64,000 bases of DNA, from contig JAKQKX010000063.1 of NCBI GenBank assembly GCA_029560465.1, positions 3,796 through 67,795 on the forward strand, given 5' to 3'. The notes beneath the pieces are model-generated. The model saw only the letters and a program-made list of their open reading frames with translations. It ran no database searches and was not told the origin of the DNA. The translations under genes were made by a program, and so were the position numbers. Numbering within the stretch: the first letter of the stretch is position 1; every line of letters begins with the position of its first letter. Source of the DNA: Candidatus Omnitrophota bacterium. GTDB lineage: Bacteria > Omnitrophota > Gorgyraeia > Zapsychrales > JANLHA01. Below are positions 47,986-57,580 of the stretch, piece by piece.

Positions 47986-48069
47986 TGCTGGAGGAGGGAG
48001 TTGAACCCTCATGAGGTTGCCCTCACTGGTTTTTGAGACCAGCGCGTATGCCAATTCCGCCACTCCAGC
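47986..48069 (-). tRNA. tRNA-Leu(CAA)
   Basis: GCTGGAGTGGCGGAATTGGCATACGCG CTGGT-CTCAAAA-ACCAG, long variable arm, GGTTCAACTCC; CCA not encoded. Confidence 0.95.
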
Positions 48070-48087
48070 AGAGAATCGGAGAAATCC

Positions 48088-48483
48088 TTACGGCCAAATA
48101 TGGAAAATTTTCTTGATATCTTTTTGGCGCAGATAATAAATGACAAACCCGTGATAGAGGATGGATATCCCATTTTTTATCGGGGACGGCACCGTGGTTT
48201 CCATCGCGCCGTTAAGATGAATGATGCCCAGAAAAATTAGGAGTTTGCTTAAGAGCACCACGGAGGCGAAGTAAAGCAACGCCCGGTAAGCCAGTTTTTT
48301 GAACCGGAGAATCCCGACGCCAATGGAAAACGATGTTAACGCGGCCGTAATGACAAAGAACAGGACATTGTTTGGCTTGGCGTTGGAGCCCAGCAACACG
48401 GCCCACCCCGTCCCCAGGAGTGTCCCCCCGCCAATCATGATTTCAATGATACCGATAAATAAAATAACCCGAAAGCTTTTCAA
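48088..48483 (-). CDS. Hypothetical 4-TM membrane protein between two tRNAs
   Basis: Hydrophobic ORF; the track start (48552) lies inside tRNA-Ala, so TTG 48483 is inferred. Confidence 0.65.
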   Translation of the reverse strand: MKSFRVILFIGIIEIMIGGGTLLGTGWAVLLGSNAKPNNVLFFVITAALTSFSIGVGILRFKKLAYRALLYFASVVLLSKLLIFLGIIHLNGAMETTVPSPIKNGISILYHGFVIYYLRQKDIKKIFHIWP

Positions 48484-48503
48484 TTTTCGGAATTCGCGCG
48501 AAA

Positions 48504-48579
<76 letters not shown>

Positions 48580-48594
48580 GTTAAATTTTTTGTC

Positions 48595-48623
48595 AATATA
48601 GCATTGGGTCGTGTTTTTGTCAA
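48595..48623 (-). promoter_or_regulatory. Sigma70 promoter of the tRNA operon
   Basis: TTGACA-17-TATATT on the minus strand, 15 nt upstream of tRNA-Ala. Confidence 0.75.
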
Positions 48624-48680
48624 TGAAGTGTTCTGGAACCTGCCGGAACGCCCGCGGGCCCGCCTTCCGCGCCCCGATTG

Positions 48681-48735
48681 AATGTAAACTAAAAACAGGG
48701 ATTAAGTTGACATTTTAATAAAATAAGGATAATAT
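48681..48735 (+). promoter_or_regulatory. BirA operator overlapping the biotin operon promoter
   Basis: aaTGTAAAC-N16-GTTGACAtt matches the BirA box; its TTGACA is also a -35 with TAATAT 17 nt downstream. Confidence 0.85.
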
Positions 48736-48771
48736 TGGTGGTGTTATGAAAGGGCTTCTCTGCCGCAGAAT

Positions 48772-49734
48772 ATGATCCCGGAAGAAATTATCCAGTATTT
48801 AAAATCCAACGCCACGTTTGTGTCCGGCCAGAAATTAAGCCAGCATTTGAAAATAAGCCGGGCCGCGGTCTGGAAGTATGTCCACGAGTTAAGGGAGTCG
48901 GGGTACCGGATTGAAGCGGTCCCTCACCGGGGGTATCGCCTTAAATTCGTTCCGGATAAACTGCTCCCCTGGGAGATCCGCGCGGGGCTGGCGACACGGG
49001 TTCTGGGGCATGAGGTTTTTTGTTATGACACCCTGCCTTCCACCATGGATGAGGCGTTCCGGCTGGCCGAGGGGAATCAATGCCGGGAAGGCGCTTTGGT
49101 CTGCGCGGAATCACAAACGCGGGGCCGCGGCCGGATGGGGCGGACCTGGTTTTCTCCCAAAGGGAAAGGGATTTACGCCTCACTTGTTTTAAAGCCGTTT
49201 CTTGCTCCCTCGGAAGTGAGCTGGATCACGTTTGTGGCGGCGATCGCGGTCTGCGAAGGCATCCGGCAGACGACCGGGCTTGCCGCCGCCATCAAGTGGC
49301 CGAATGATGTCTTAATAAAGAGGAAGAAGGTGGCCGGGATCCTGACCGAGATGAACGCGGAGGTGGACCGGGTCCATTTTGTGGTGGTTGGTTTAGGGTT
49401 GAATGTCAATATCGATAAAGCCCATCTTCCGCCGCAGGCCACGTCTTTGAGAATGGAGTTGGGCGGGAAAGTGTCCCGGGTCCTGTTCCTGCAGGCGGTT
49501 TTAAAACAAATGGAACACTGGTATGGTTGCCTGCTGGAGCGCCGTTTCACGCCGGTCCTGGAGCGGTGGAAGGAGTTGTCCGTGACGCTCGGCCGCCGGA
49601 TCCGGATCTCGGAGCACCATAAGGCGATCGAAGGCAAGGCGGTGGACCTGTCGGATGACGGCGGGCTTATTGTCCTTAACAGCGACGGGGATTTGATCAA
49701 GAAGATGACTGGTGACGTGGAATTCCTCGATTGA
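48772..49734 (+). CDS. birA: Bifunctional biotin ligase/repressor BirA
   Basis: N-terminal HTH (SGQKLS..L.ISRAAVWK), QT.GRGRMGR.W.SP, KWPND, KVAGILTE. Confidence 0.96.
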   Translation: MIPEEIIQYLKSNATFVSGQKLSQHLKISRAAVWKYVHELRESGYRIEAVPHRGYRLKFVPDKLLPWEIRAGLATRVLGHEVFCYDTLPSTMDEAFRLAEGNQCREGALVCAESQTRGRGRMGRTWFSPKGKGIYASLVLKPFLAPSEVSWITFVAAIAVCEGIRQTTGLAAAIKWPNDVLIKRKKVAGILTEMNAEVDRVHFVVVGLGLNVNIDKAHLPPQATSLRMELGGKVSRVLFLQAVLKQMEHWYGCLLERRFTPVLERWKELSVTLGRRIRISEHHKAIEGKAVDLSDDGGLIVLNSDGDLIKKMTGDVEFLD

Positions 49735-49771
49735 TTAGGGGAAAGGCCGGTCAGCATGAAAGGGGAACAGG

Positions 49772-50947
49772 GTGTTTAACGCGAGGCTCCAGGCGGAGCT
49801 GGATGAATTGGAAGAGAAAGGGCTGCGCCGGGTTCTGCGCGGACTGGATGGCGCTCAGGACCGTGTGGTCGGGATCGGCGGCAAGGCCTACATCAATTTT
49901 TGTTCCAATAATTATCTGGGGCTCGCCGCGGACGTCCGTTTGCGGGACGCGGCGGCGGCCTCGTTACAGCAGTCGGGCTTCGGGGCGGGCGCTTCCCGGC
50001 TGGTCTGCGGGACGTTGTCCGAACACCAGAAGCTCGAGGAGCGCCTGGCGGTTTTTAAAGGCGCGGAACGGTGTGTTTTATTTAACTGCGGGTACATGGC
50101 CAATGTTGGGATCATCGCGTCGCTGTTCGGTCGAGGTGATTTGATCCTTTCCGACCGGCTTAACCACGCGTCCATCATTGACGGGATTGTGTTAAGCCGG
50201 GCGGATTTCCGCCGGTACCCCCATTGCGACATGGCGGGCCTGGAGCGGTTGCTGCGGGAGGCCGGGGGAAAATACAGGACAATCGCCGTCATCACCGAAT
50301 CCGTTTTTAGCATGGATGGCGATCTGGCCCCTCTGGATCAGATCGTGCGGATGACCAAACAGCATGGGGCCGTGTTGATGGTGGACGAGGCGCACGCGGC
50401 CGGGGTTTTCGGGGCTGGCGGCCGGGGCGCGGTGGAACATTTCGGCTGCGGGAGTGATGTCGCCATCCAGATGGGCACGCTGTCCAAGGCGTTCGGCTCT
50501 TTCGGCGCCTATGTCTGCGGTTCCACGCGGCTGATAGAGTATGTCATGAACCGGGCGCGGAGTTTTATTTACACGACGGCGCTCCCCCCGTCGGTGGCGG
50601 CGGCGTCATTAAAAGCCCTGGAGATCATTGAGGCCGAACCGGGGCGGAGGGAAGCGTTATGGCGAAACGCCACGGAGATGCGCCGGAGGTTGAAAGAGGC
50701 CGGCTTTGATACGTTGCGTTCCGTGAGCCCGATTATCCCGGTTGTGGTCGGTGACGAAAAGCGGGCGACAACGTTTTCGGCGAAGCTTTTTGAGCAGGGG
50801 CTTCTCGTCACAGCGATCCGCCCGCCGACTGTTCCGGCGAACACGGCCCGGCTGCGGGTCACGGTGACGGCAAGTCACACGCCGGATGATCTGGAGTGTT
50901 TGTTGAGGCGGATGAAAACGGTCGGGGAGGAATTATGCCTTATTTAA
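49772..50947 (+). CDS. bioF: 8-amino-7-oxononanoate synthase
   Basis: NFCSNNYLGL, DRLNHASIIDG, SVFSMDGD, VDEAH, GTLSKAFG. Confidence 0.96.
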   Translation: MFNARLQAELDELEEKGLRRVLRGLDGAQDRVVGIGGKAYINFCSNNYLGLAADVRLRDAAAASLQQSGFGAGASRLVCGTLSEHQKLEERLAVFKGAERCVLFNCGYMANVGIIASLFGRGDLILSDRLNHASIIDGIVLSRADFRRYPHCDMAGLERLLREAGGKYRTIAVITESVFSMDGDLAPLDQIVRMTKQHGAVLMVDEAHAAGVFGAGGRGAVEHFGCGSDVAIQMGTLSKAFGSFGAYVCGSTRLIEYVMNRARSFIYTTALPPSVAAASLKALEIIEAEPGRREALWRNATEMRRRLKEAGFDTLRSVSPIIPVVVGDEKRATTFSAKLFEQGLLVTAIRPPTVPANTARLRVTVTASHTPDDLECLLRRMKTVGEELCLI

Positions 50948-51780
50948 CATCAAGCCGCGGCATGCGCTGGCATTATGAAGAGGAGGGAACGGGCCCGGGG
51001 CTCCTTTTCCTGCACGGCTGGGGCGTTGACCGGAGGATATGGCGGCAGCAGTTCAAGTTTTTTTCCCGTGATTACTGCACCGTCGCGCTGGATCTCCCCG
51101 GGCACGGGCAGAGCGAATGGCGGCCGTCATCCCTGGCGGACATGGCGGAAGATATCCGCGAGCTTTTCCTCAGGAAAAATGGGGGATGGAGGATTGTGGC
51201 CAGCTCTCTCGGCGGGCTGGTGGCCTTTCAGCTGGCGGCCTGCGAACCGTCCAGGATCCGCGCTCTGGTTTTTGTGGGGTCACTGCCGAAATTCGTGCGG
51301 GATGAAGGGGCTCTTTACGGCCTAACGCCCGCTCGTATCATGAAGCTGCAGGAGCAGCTGCGGACCGATTACCCGGTGATCGTGCGGATTTTTTTCCGGT
51401 CCCTTTTCACGCGGTCGGAGCGGAACAGCCGCCGGTACAAATGGATTCAGACTTTTCGTCGGCAGGAGCAGTCCCCGGATCGCGACGCTTTGGCGGAATT
51501 TCTTGATATCCTGGTCACGGCAGATTTGCGGCCGGTCCTCTCCCGATGCGGGATTCCGGTTCACATGATCAACGGAACAGAGGATTATATTTGCCCCCGC
51601 CCTGTTTATGAACAGATGAAAAGGGATTATCCGGCCTTGACTGTGGACTGGCTGCCGGATTGCGGTCATTTTCCGTTCTTGACGAAACCGTATGAATTTA
51701 ACGGTAAGCTTAAAGAGTTCCTGGATCGCGTCGGGGGCGACCGGGAGGGGCGCGCGAAAGCGGCTGGGGGGGCCTTATGA
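50935..51780 (+). CDS. bioH: Pimeloyl-ACP methyl ester esterase (BioH-like alpha/beta hydrolase)
   Basis: LHGWG, DLPGHG, ASSLGG nucleophile elbow, GHFPF; lies between bioF and bioC. Confidence 0.82.
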   Translation: MPYLTSSRGMRWHYEEEGTGPGLLFLHGWGVDRRIWRQQFKFFSRDYCTVALDLPGHGQSEWRPSSLADMAEDIRELFLRKNGGWRIVASSLGGLVAFQLAACEPSRIRALVFVGSLPKFVRDEGALYGLTPARIMKLQEQLRTDYPVIVRIFFRSLFTRSERNSRRYKWIQTFRRQEQSPDRDALAEFLDILVTADLRPVLSRCGIPVHMINGTEDYICPRPVYEQMKRDYPALTVDWLPDCGHFPFLTKPYEFNGKLKEFLDRVGGDREGRAKAAGGAL

Positions 51781-52568
51781 TCCAGCGAAGGGTTCAGAAA
51801 GCTTTTTCCGGGTCAGCCGTGCGGTATGACCAGAACGCGCTTCTGCAGAGGGATGTCAGCCGTCAGTTGCTGGCGGCGGCTGCGGCCCTGCCGGACGACG
51901 GGGCTGTGCTCGACATCGGCATGGGGACCGGGCGGATGGCCGCTGAACTGAAGTGCCGGCGGCCCCGTGTCCATGTCGTGGGCGTAGATCTGGCTTTCGG
52001 CATGGTCGCTTTTGCCAGACGCCGACACCGGCAGGTTCAGGCGGTGCAGGCTGATGCGTTACGGCTCCCTTTCAAAAACAGCTGCTTCGACGCTGTTGTG
52101 TCGAATTTGGCATTTCAATGGATCGATGATTTGTCGCAGGCGTTTTATCAGATCAACCGGGTTTTGAAAATGGACGGGCCGTTTTTGTTAACGGTGTTTA
52201 CGCGTAAAACGTTATGGGAACTGTACCAGTCTTTAGGCGAAACCGCGCGGCGTCCCGCGGGCGGGCGGCTAATATCAGATTCCCGCCTTCCGGAGGAGAG
52301 AGAAGTTTTTAAGGCTCTCGAAGGAACGGGGTTCAGTATAGAGAATAAAAACAGACAGGAGAACCGTCAGCAATACGCGAGTCTGATGGCCCTTTTGCGG
52401 TGGCTGAAAGCGACCGGGGCCAACGCGATGAACAGCGATATTTTCGTCGGCCCGCAGTGGCTTCAGGATGCTGAACGGTATTACCACTATAATTTTCAAT
52501 GGCACGATGGCGTGCAGGCCACGTTTGAGATTATGCAGGTCGTGGCCAGAAAGAGGAAATCATTATGA
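51777..52568 (+). CDS. bioC: Malonyl-ACP O-methyltransferase
   Basis: AFS.SA.RYD..A.LQR, LDIGMGTG, SNLAFQW, LK.TGAN. Confidence 0.9.
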   Translation: MIQRRVQKAFSGSAVRYDQNALLQRDVSRQLLAAAAALPDDGAVLDIGMGTGRMAAELKCRRPRVHVVGVDLAFGMVAFARRRHRQVQAVQADALRLPFKNSCFDAVVSNLAFQWIDDLSQAFYQINRVLKMDGPFLLTVFTRKTLWELYQSLGETARRPAGGRLISDSRLPEEREVFKALEGTGFSIENKNRQENRQQYASLMALLRWLKATGANAMNSDIFVGPQWLQDAERYYHYNFQWHDGVQATFEIMQVVARKRKSL

Positions 52569-54820
52569 GAAGAGACAGACATTTACCCAAGAAATCAAAG
52601 CAAGAAGTTGAGGCTGATGCGATCAACCCCATGGATGTCCTGGATATGATGGCGGACGACGATATGCCTGAGGAACAGGCGTCCCGGCCGCAGCCTCGGA
52701 ACCCCCGGCGCAGGCACGCACCGCGTGGCCGGCGCCCGGTGGAAACACCGGCCGTGGAGGCGAAAGGGAGAGGAATTTTTATAACCGGCACGGACACGGG
52801 CGTCGGGAAGACGGTCGCGCTTTGCGTCCTGGGGACACTGTTGCAGAAGAAAGGGCTTAATATCGGGGTGATGAAGCCTGTGCAGTGCGGCGGGCAGGAT
52901 GCGGATATCCTTTCCCGGATGTTTGATCCCAAAGACGATATGCAGGATATTAATCCTTTTAAAGCCACGGCGGAGCTTCCTCCGCATGTGGCGTTTCATC
53001 AGGAGAAAATCCGTTTTCATCCGCAGACGGTTTTGGATAAGTATAATCGGATCCGGGAGAAGCACGACCTGACCCTGGTGGAAGGGGCTGGTGGGCTGAT
53101 GGTGCCGCTTTTTGACACGTATTTTATGGCGGACTTGATTAAAGATATGGATTTGGATGTCGTGTTGGTGGCGCGGCTGGGCCTGGGGACGATTAATCAC
53201 ACCTTGCTGACACTGCGGCAGGCTGAAGACGCGGGGCTAAATGTGATCGGTGTTATTTTCAATGAGCCCGCGCTTTCTCCCCGGGGGATGGCCGAGAGAA
53301 CCAATCCTTCGACGATACGCCGCATGAGCCGGGTCCCGGTGCTGGGGATCATCCCTCACCTGGGCCAGCCCGCCCCGGAACAATACCAGGCTGAAATCGT
53401 GAAGCGGTGTTCCCGCACCATGAATATCAAACCGTTGTTAAGAAAATCGCCGGAAGCCAGGCCGCTTCCCTGGGGGGCCTGGGATAAACAGGTCATCTGG
53501 CATCCGTTTACTCAGATGAAAGATTGGCTGAAGGAGGATCCGCTGGTGATCCATAAGGCGAAGGGATCGTATGTGGAGGATGTGTCCGGGCGGAAATATA
53601 TTGACGGTGTTTCCAGCCTGTGGGTGAATGTTCACGGGCACGGGCACCCGGTGTTGAACCGCGCCATTAAAGAGCAGGTCAACCGGCTGAGCCATTCGAC
53701 GTTCTTAGGATTATCCAATGTCCCCGCGATCGCGCTCGCCAAGAAGCTTGTGGAGATCGCGCCTTCGGGATTGCAGAAGGTGTTTTACTCGGATAGCGGT
53801 TCGACGGCCGTTGAGGTCGCGATTAAGATGGCGTATCAATACTGGCACAATAGGGGTAAAAACCGGAAGACCCTGATCGCGCATTTGGCCCACTCGTACC
53901 ATGGCGACACCTGCGGGAGCGTCAGCGTTGGAGGCATCGCGCTGTTCCATAAGGTGTATGAGAAATTGATTTTTAAAACTTTGGAAATCCCGTTTCCTGA
54001 TTTCTACCGTTCACCGGAGGGCAAGACATATCCGGGTTATACGGAAGAATGCCTGCAGGCCATGGCCGAGACCTTCAAACGCCGGCAGCATGAGCTCGCG
54101 GCCATTGTTGTTGAGCCGCTGGTGCAGGGCGCCGCTGGCATGATTGTCTGGCCGGAAGGGGTCTTGAAGAAAATACGGGAGTTGTGCCATAAATACAATA
54201 TATTTTTAATCGCGGATGAGGTCGCGACGGGTTTCGGCCGGACCGGCACCATGTTTGCCTGCGAGCAGGAAAAGGTCAGCCCGGATTTCCTCTGCATCGC
54301 GAAAGGCTTAACCGGCGGCACCCTCCCATTGGCGGCGACGTTGACGACCCAGCGCGTGTTTGACGGCTTTTGTTATGATTATGAATCCCAGAAAACGTTT
54401 TTTCACGGGCACACGTATACGGGGAATCCCGTGTGCTGCGCCGCGGCGCTGGCGAATTTGAGTATTTTTGAGAAAGAGCAGACGTTGCAGAAATTGCAGC
54501 CTAAAATTAAATACCTCACAAAAGCGCTTCAGCGGTTTTCCGCCCTTCCTCACGTCGGGGATATTCGGCAAAAAGGCTTCATGGTCGGGATAGAGCTTGT
54601 CGCGGATAAAACTTTGAAAACTCCGTATGCTTGGAAAGATAAGATCGGGGTCAGGGTGTGCTGGGAGGCCCGGGCGAAGGGCGTGATCCTGCGGCCGCTG
54701 GGGGACGTGATCGTCCTCATGCCGCCCTTGTCGGTGAGCCGAAGCGAGATGGACCAGCTTTTGGATGCGGCATACGAGGCGGTGAAAAACGTGACGGCGG
54801 AAAGCGCTGCCGCAGAATAA
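52565..54820 (+). CDS. bioDA: Fused dethiobiotin synthase - DAPA aminotransferase (BioD-BioA)
   Basis: FITGTDTGVGKT, VEGAGG, LGTINHTLL (BioD), then WHPFTQM, DGVSSLW, DEVATGFGRTG, HGHTYTGN (BioA) in one ORF. Confidence 0.93.
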   Translation: MRRDRHLPKKSKQEVEADAINPMDVLDMMADDDMPEEQASRPQPRNPRRRHAPRGRRPVETPAVEAKGRGIFITGTDTGVGKTVALCVLGTLLQKKGLNIGVMKPVQCGGQDADILSRMFDPKDDMQDINPFKATAELPPHVAFHQEKIRFHPQTVLDKYNRIREKHDLTLVEGAGGLMVPLFDTYFMADLIKDMDLDVVLVARLGLGTINHTLLTLRQAEDAGLNVIGVIFNEPALSPRGMAERTNPSTIRRMSRVPVLGIIPHLGQPAPEQYQAEIVKRCSRTMNIKPLLRKSPEARPLPWGAWDKQVIWHPFTQMKDWLKEDPLVIHKAKGSYVEDVSGRKYIDGVSSLWVNVHGHGHPVLNRAIKEQVNRLSHSTFLGLSNVPAIALAKKLVEIAPSGLQKVFYSDSGSTAVEVAIKMAYQYWHNRGKNRKTLIAHLAHSYHGDTCGSVSVGGIALFHKVYEKLIFKTLEIPFPDFYRSPEGKTYPGYTEECLQAMAETFKRRQHELAAIVVEPLVQGAAGMIVWPEGVLKKIRELCHKYNIFLIADEVATGFGRTGTMFACEQEKVSPDFLCIAKGLTGGTLPLAATLTTQRVFDGFCYDYESQKTFFHGHTYTGNPVCCAAALANLSIFEKEQTLQKLQPKIKYLTKALQRFSALPHVGDIRQKGFMVGIELVADKTLKTPYAWKDKIGVRVCWEARAKGVILRPLGDVIVLMPPLSVSRSEMDQLLDAAYEAVKNVTAESAAAE

Positions 54821-54900
54821 TCCGGCGAGGGTCTCCGTCCGCCCGGGCGGACGGGAATAGCCGGCACAGCCGTTAGAGAGCGTGTGGGAGCGGGGTGACG

Positions 54901-56019
54901 ATGGGGAACGACAACAGGCGGAAAAAGGTCGCGGTCGCCATGAGCGGCGGAGTTGATTCTTCGGTGGCGGCGGCGCTTCTGAAAGAGCAGGGATACGAGG
55001 TTGAAGGCGTGACGATGTGTTTTAATATCCAGCACACCGCCGGCCGCCGGCCCTCTTGCTGCGGGGTGGAAGGCATTCAGGCCGCCCGGGCCGCCGCCCA
55101 ATGCCTTTCGATCCCTCATCATGTCCTGGATTTTGCCGGAGACATAGAAGAATTGGTCGTTCAAAATTTTATTCAGGAATATTGCCGCGGGCGCACGCCT
55201 AACCCGTGCGTGCGGTGTAATCAGTATTTAAAGTTCGGCACGCTGCGGGTTTTAGTTCAACAGCTGGGCATGGATTATTTGGCGACCGGACATTATGCCC
55301 GGATTGACCGCGATGATCAGACCGGACGTTTTAGACTTCGGAAAGGAACAGATGCCAAGAAAGACCAAACCTATTTCCTGTACGGGCTTCCCGAGGCTGC
55401 CTTGCCGTTCGTCCTTTTTCCTTTAGGTGATTTGACGAAGACGGATGTCCGGGCCCTGGCGCGCCGTATGGGCTTGCCGACGTCCGAGAGGCTGGAAAGC
55501 CAGGATATCTGTTTTATATCGTCGGGCGGATACAAGACGTTTATCCAGGGACGGCTGGGGGAGCAGGTGTTTGTCCCTGGCCTGTTTAAGAATCCGCAGG
55601 GGGAGGTCGTGGGCCGGCATCAGGGGATCGCCCGTTACACGATTGGCCAGAGAGACCAGCTCGGCATCGCGTTAGGGGTTCCGGTGTATGTTTACCGGAT
55701 CGACCCTGATGAGAACACCGTTTATGTCGGGCCGGAAGAGTATCTTTACGCAGAAGGCTTGCTGGCCGGAGAGATGAATTACCTGCAGCCGATGATCTCT
55801 CAACGAACAGTTGAGGTCCTGGCCCGGATTCGTTATAATGCTCCGGATGTAAAGGGGCGGTTGACTGTTTTGGGACCCGGGACGTGCCGGCTTGTTTTTG
55901 ATGAGCCGCAGAAGTCAGTCACGCCCGGCCAATCCGTGGTTTTGTATGAGGGAGACACTGTCCTGGGCGGCGGCGTGATTGAAACGCCGCTGTGTCCGGC
56001 GTGTCCCGGATCGTCATGA
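54901..56019 (+). CDS. mnmA: tRNA 2-thiouridylase MnmA
   Basis: AMSGGVDSS, GRTPNPC..CN, ATGHYA, KDQTYFL, ESQDICF, TPGQ. Confidence 0.97.
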   Translation: MGNDNRRKKVAVAMSGGVDSSVAAALLKEQGYEVEGVTMCFNIQHTAGRRPSCCGVEGIQAARAAAQCLSIPHHVLDFAGDIEELVVQNFIQEYCRGRTPNPCVRCNQYLKFGTLRVLVQQLGMDYLATGHYARIDRDDQTGRFRLRKGTDAKKDQTYFLYGLPEAALPFVLFPLGDLTKTDVRALARRMGLPTSERLESQDICFISSGGYKTFIQGRLGEQVFVPGLFKNPQGEVVGRHQGIARYTIGQRDQLGIALGVPVYVYRIDPDENTVYVGPEEYLYAEGLLAGEMNYLQPMISQRTVEVLARIRYNAPDVKGRLTVLGPGTCRLVFDEPQKSVTPGQSVVLYEGDTVLGGGVIETPLCPACPGSS

Positions 56020-56056
56020 GTCCGTTGGTCAACGTGTTTATCAGAAAGGATAAAAG

Positions 56057-57331
56057 ATGAAGATTAAATTTGATCAGAAAAATCTGGAGGGGTTCCTGTC
56101 TATTAAGGATTTTGAAGGCGTTCAGCCGGCCGTCGATAAGGCGCATCACGATTTGTTGAAGAAAACCGGGAAGGGAAGCGATTATACCGGGTGGCTGGAC
56201 TTGCCGGAAAAGACGACGGATTCCACTTTGGATGAAATTTTGGGCTTGGCCCGGACGGTCCGGGAGCATTCTGATTGTCTGATCGGGATCGGGATCGGCG
56301 GGTCTTATGTCGGCATCAGGGCCTCGCTGGAATTTCTAATTTCCGACCAGAAAATGCCGGTCTATTACGCCGGTCATAATCTGAGCGCCGGTTATTTATA
56401 TCATTTGATGGAACAACTGAAGGACAAGCGCATCACGGTCGTGGTGATCTCTAAATCCGGGACCACCACGGAGCCGGCGTTGGCGTTTCGTATCATTAAG
56501 AATTTTATGGAAGAAAAATATTCCCCGGCCGAGCTGAAAAAGCGCATCATCACGATCACGGACGCGGAGAAAGGCGCGCTGCGTTCAATTACAAAAAAGG
56601 AAGGCTACCAGTCGTTTTCGATCAACAATGACGTGGGCGGGCGTTTTTCGGTTTTAACGCCCGTGGGGCTTGTCCCTTTGGCTTTGGCGGGTATCGATAT
56701 CAAAAGTTTGATCCAGGGGGCCCGGCAGGCGGCGGTCGATTACGGGGTCATGGATATGGGAAAGAATCCGGCCTACCAATATGCCGCCGCGCGCTATCTT
56801 TTGTATCAGAGGGGGAAAGTCATCGAGGTGTTATCAACCTTTTACCAGCGGCTGTCCTTTGTCGAAGAGTGGTGGAAACAATTGTTCGGTGAGAGCGAGG
56901 GCAAGGATGGCAAAGGGATTTTTCCGACATCACTCAGCTTTACGACGGACCTGCATTCCATGGGGCAGCTGCTCCAGGAAGGGGAACGGAACATGTTTGA
57001 AACTTTTCTTATGGCGGAAAATTCCGGGCACGAGGTAATTATCCCGTCTGATGACGCGAACTTGGATAACTTTAATTGTGTGGCCGGCAAAGACCTGGAT
57101 TTTGTGAATAAGCAGGCGTACAAGGCAACCGCCATGGCGCATTATGAGGGGGGCGTCCCGAATATGACCATCACGATTCCCTGTTTTGACGCGGGGACTT
57201 TGGGAGAATTGTATTACTTCTTTGAGAAGGCGGTGGCCATTACAGGGTATTTGCTGGAAGTAAACCCGTTTAATCAGCCCGGAGTCGAGGCGTATAAAAA
57301 GAAAATGTTCGCGCTTTTAGGCAGGAAATAA
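56057..57331 (+). CDS. pgi: Glucose-6-phosphate isomerase
   Basis: GIGGSY.G, SKSGTTTE, VGGRFSVL, QLFGESEGK, NPFNQPGVEAYK. Confidence 0.97.
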   Translation: MKIKFDQKNLEGFLSIKDFEGVQPAVDKAHHDLLKKTGKGSDYTGWLDLPEKTTDSTLDEILGLARTVREHSDCLIGIGIGGSYVGIRASLEFLISDQKMPVYYAGHNLSAGYLYHLMEQLKDKRITVVVISKSGTTTEPALAFRIIKNFMEEKYSPAELKKRIITITDAEKGALRSITKKEGYQSFSINNDVGGRFSVLTPVGLVPLALAGIDIKSLIQGARQAAVDYGVMDMGKNPAYQYAAARYLLYQRGKVIEVLSTFYQRLSFVEEWWKQLFGESEGKDGKGIFPTSLSFTTDLHSMGQLLQEGERNMFETFLMAENSGHEVIIPSDDANLDNFNCVAGKDLDFVNKQAYKATAMAHYEGGVPNMTITIPCFDAGTLGELYYFFEKAVAITGYLLEVNPFNQPGVEAYKKKMFALLGRK

Positions 57332-57343
57332 TCTTGGGGGCAC

Positions 57344-57379
57344 AAAAAATAAGGACGATCAGTACTGGATCGTCCTTAT
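57344..57379. terminator. Intrinsic terminator hairpin (U-tract on the minus strand; also downstream of pgi)
   Basis: ATAAGGACGATC-agtactg-GATCGTCCTTAT preceded by AAAAAA. Confidence 0.8.
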
Positions 57380-57433
57380 AAGGTGATAGGCCTTCAGACG
57401 CTTTCGCTATCATCCAACCTCCATACCATATAC
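57344..57433 (-). ncRNA. Candidate small RNA
   Basis: Minus-strand TTGAAA-17-CATAAT promoter (57468-57440), structured body, and 12-bp hairpin + U-tract terminator. Confidence 0.45.
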
Positions 57434-57580
57434 AACTAAATTATGCACCATGGGAACGCATTTTTCAAGAGTAATTTTAAAAATAATTTTTCCAAAATTA
57501 TAGAATGAGTGTTGCATTCTAAGACGGCTTGACATAAGATAAAAAATGATATTTAAGTGATTTATTCGCAAGGTCATAGA

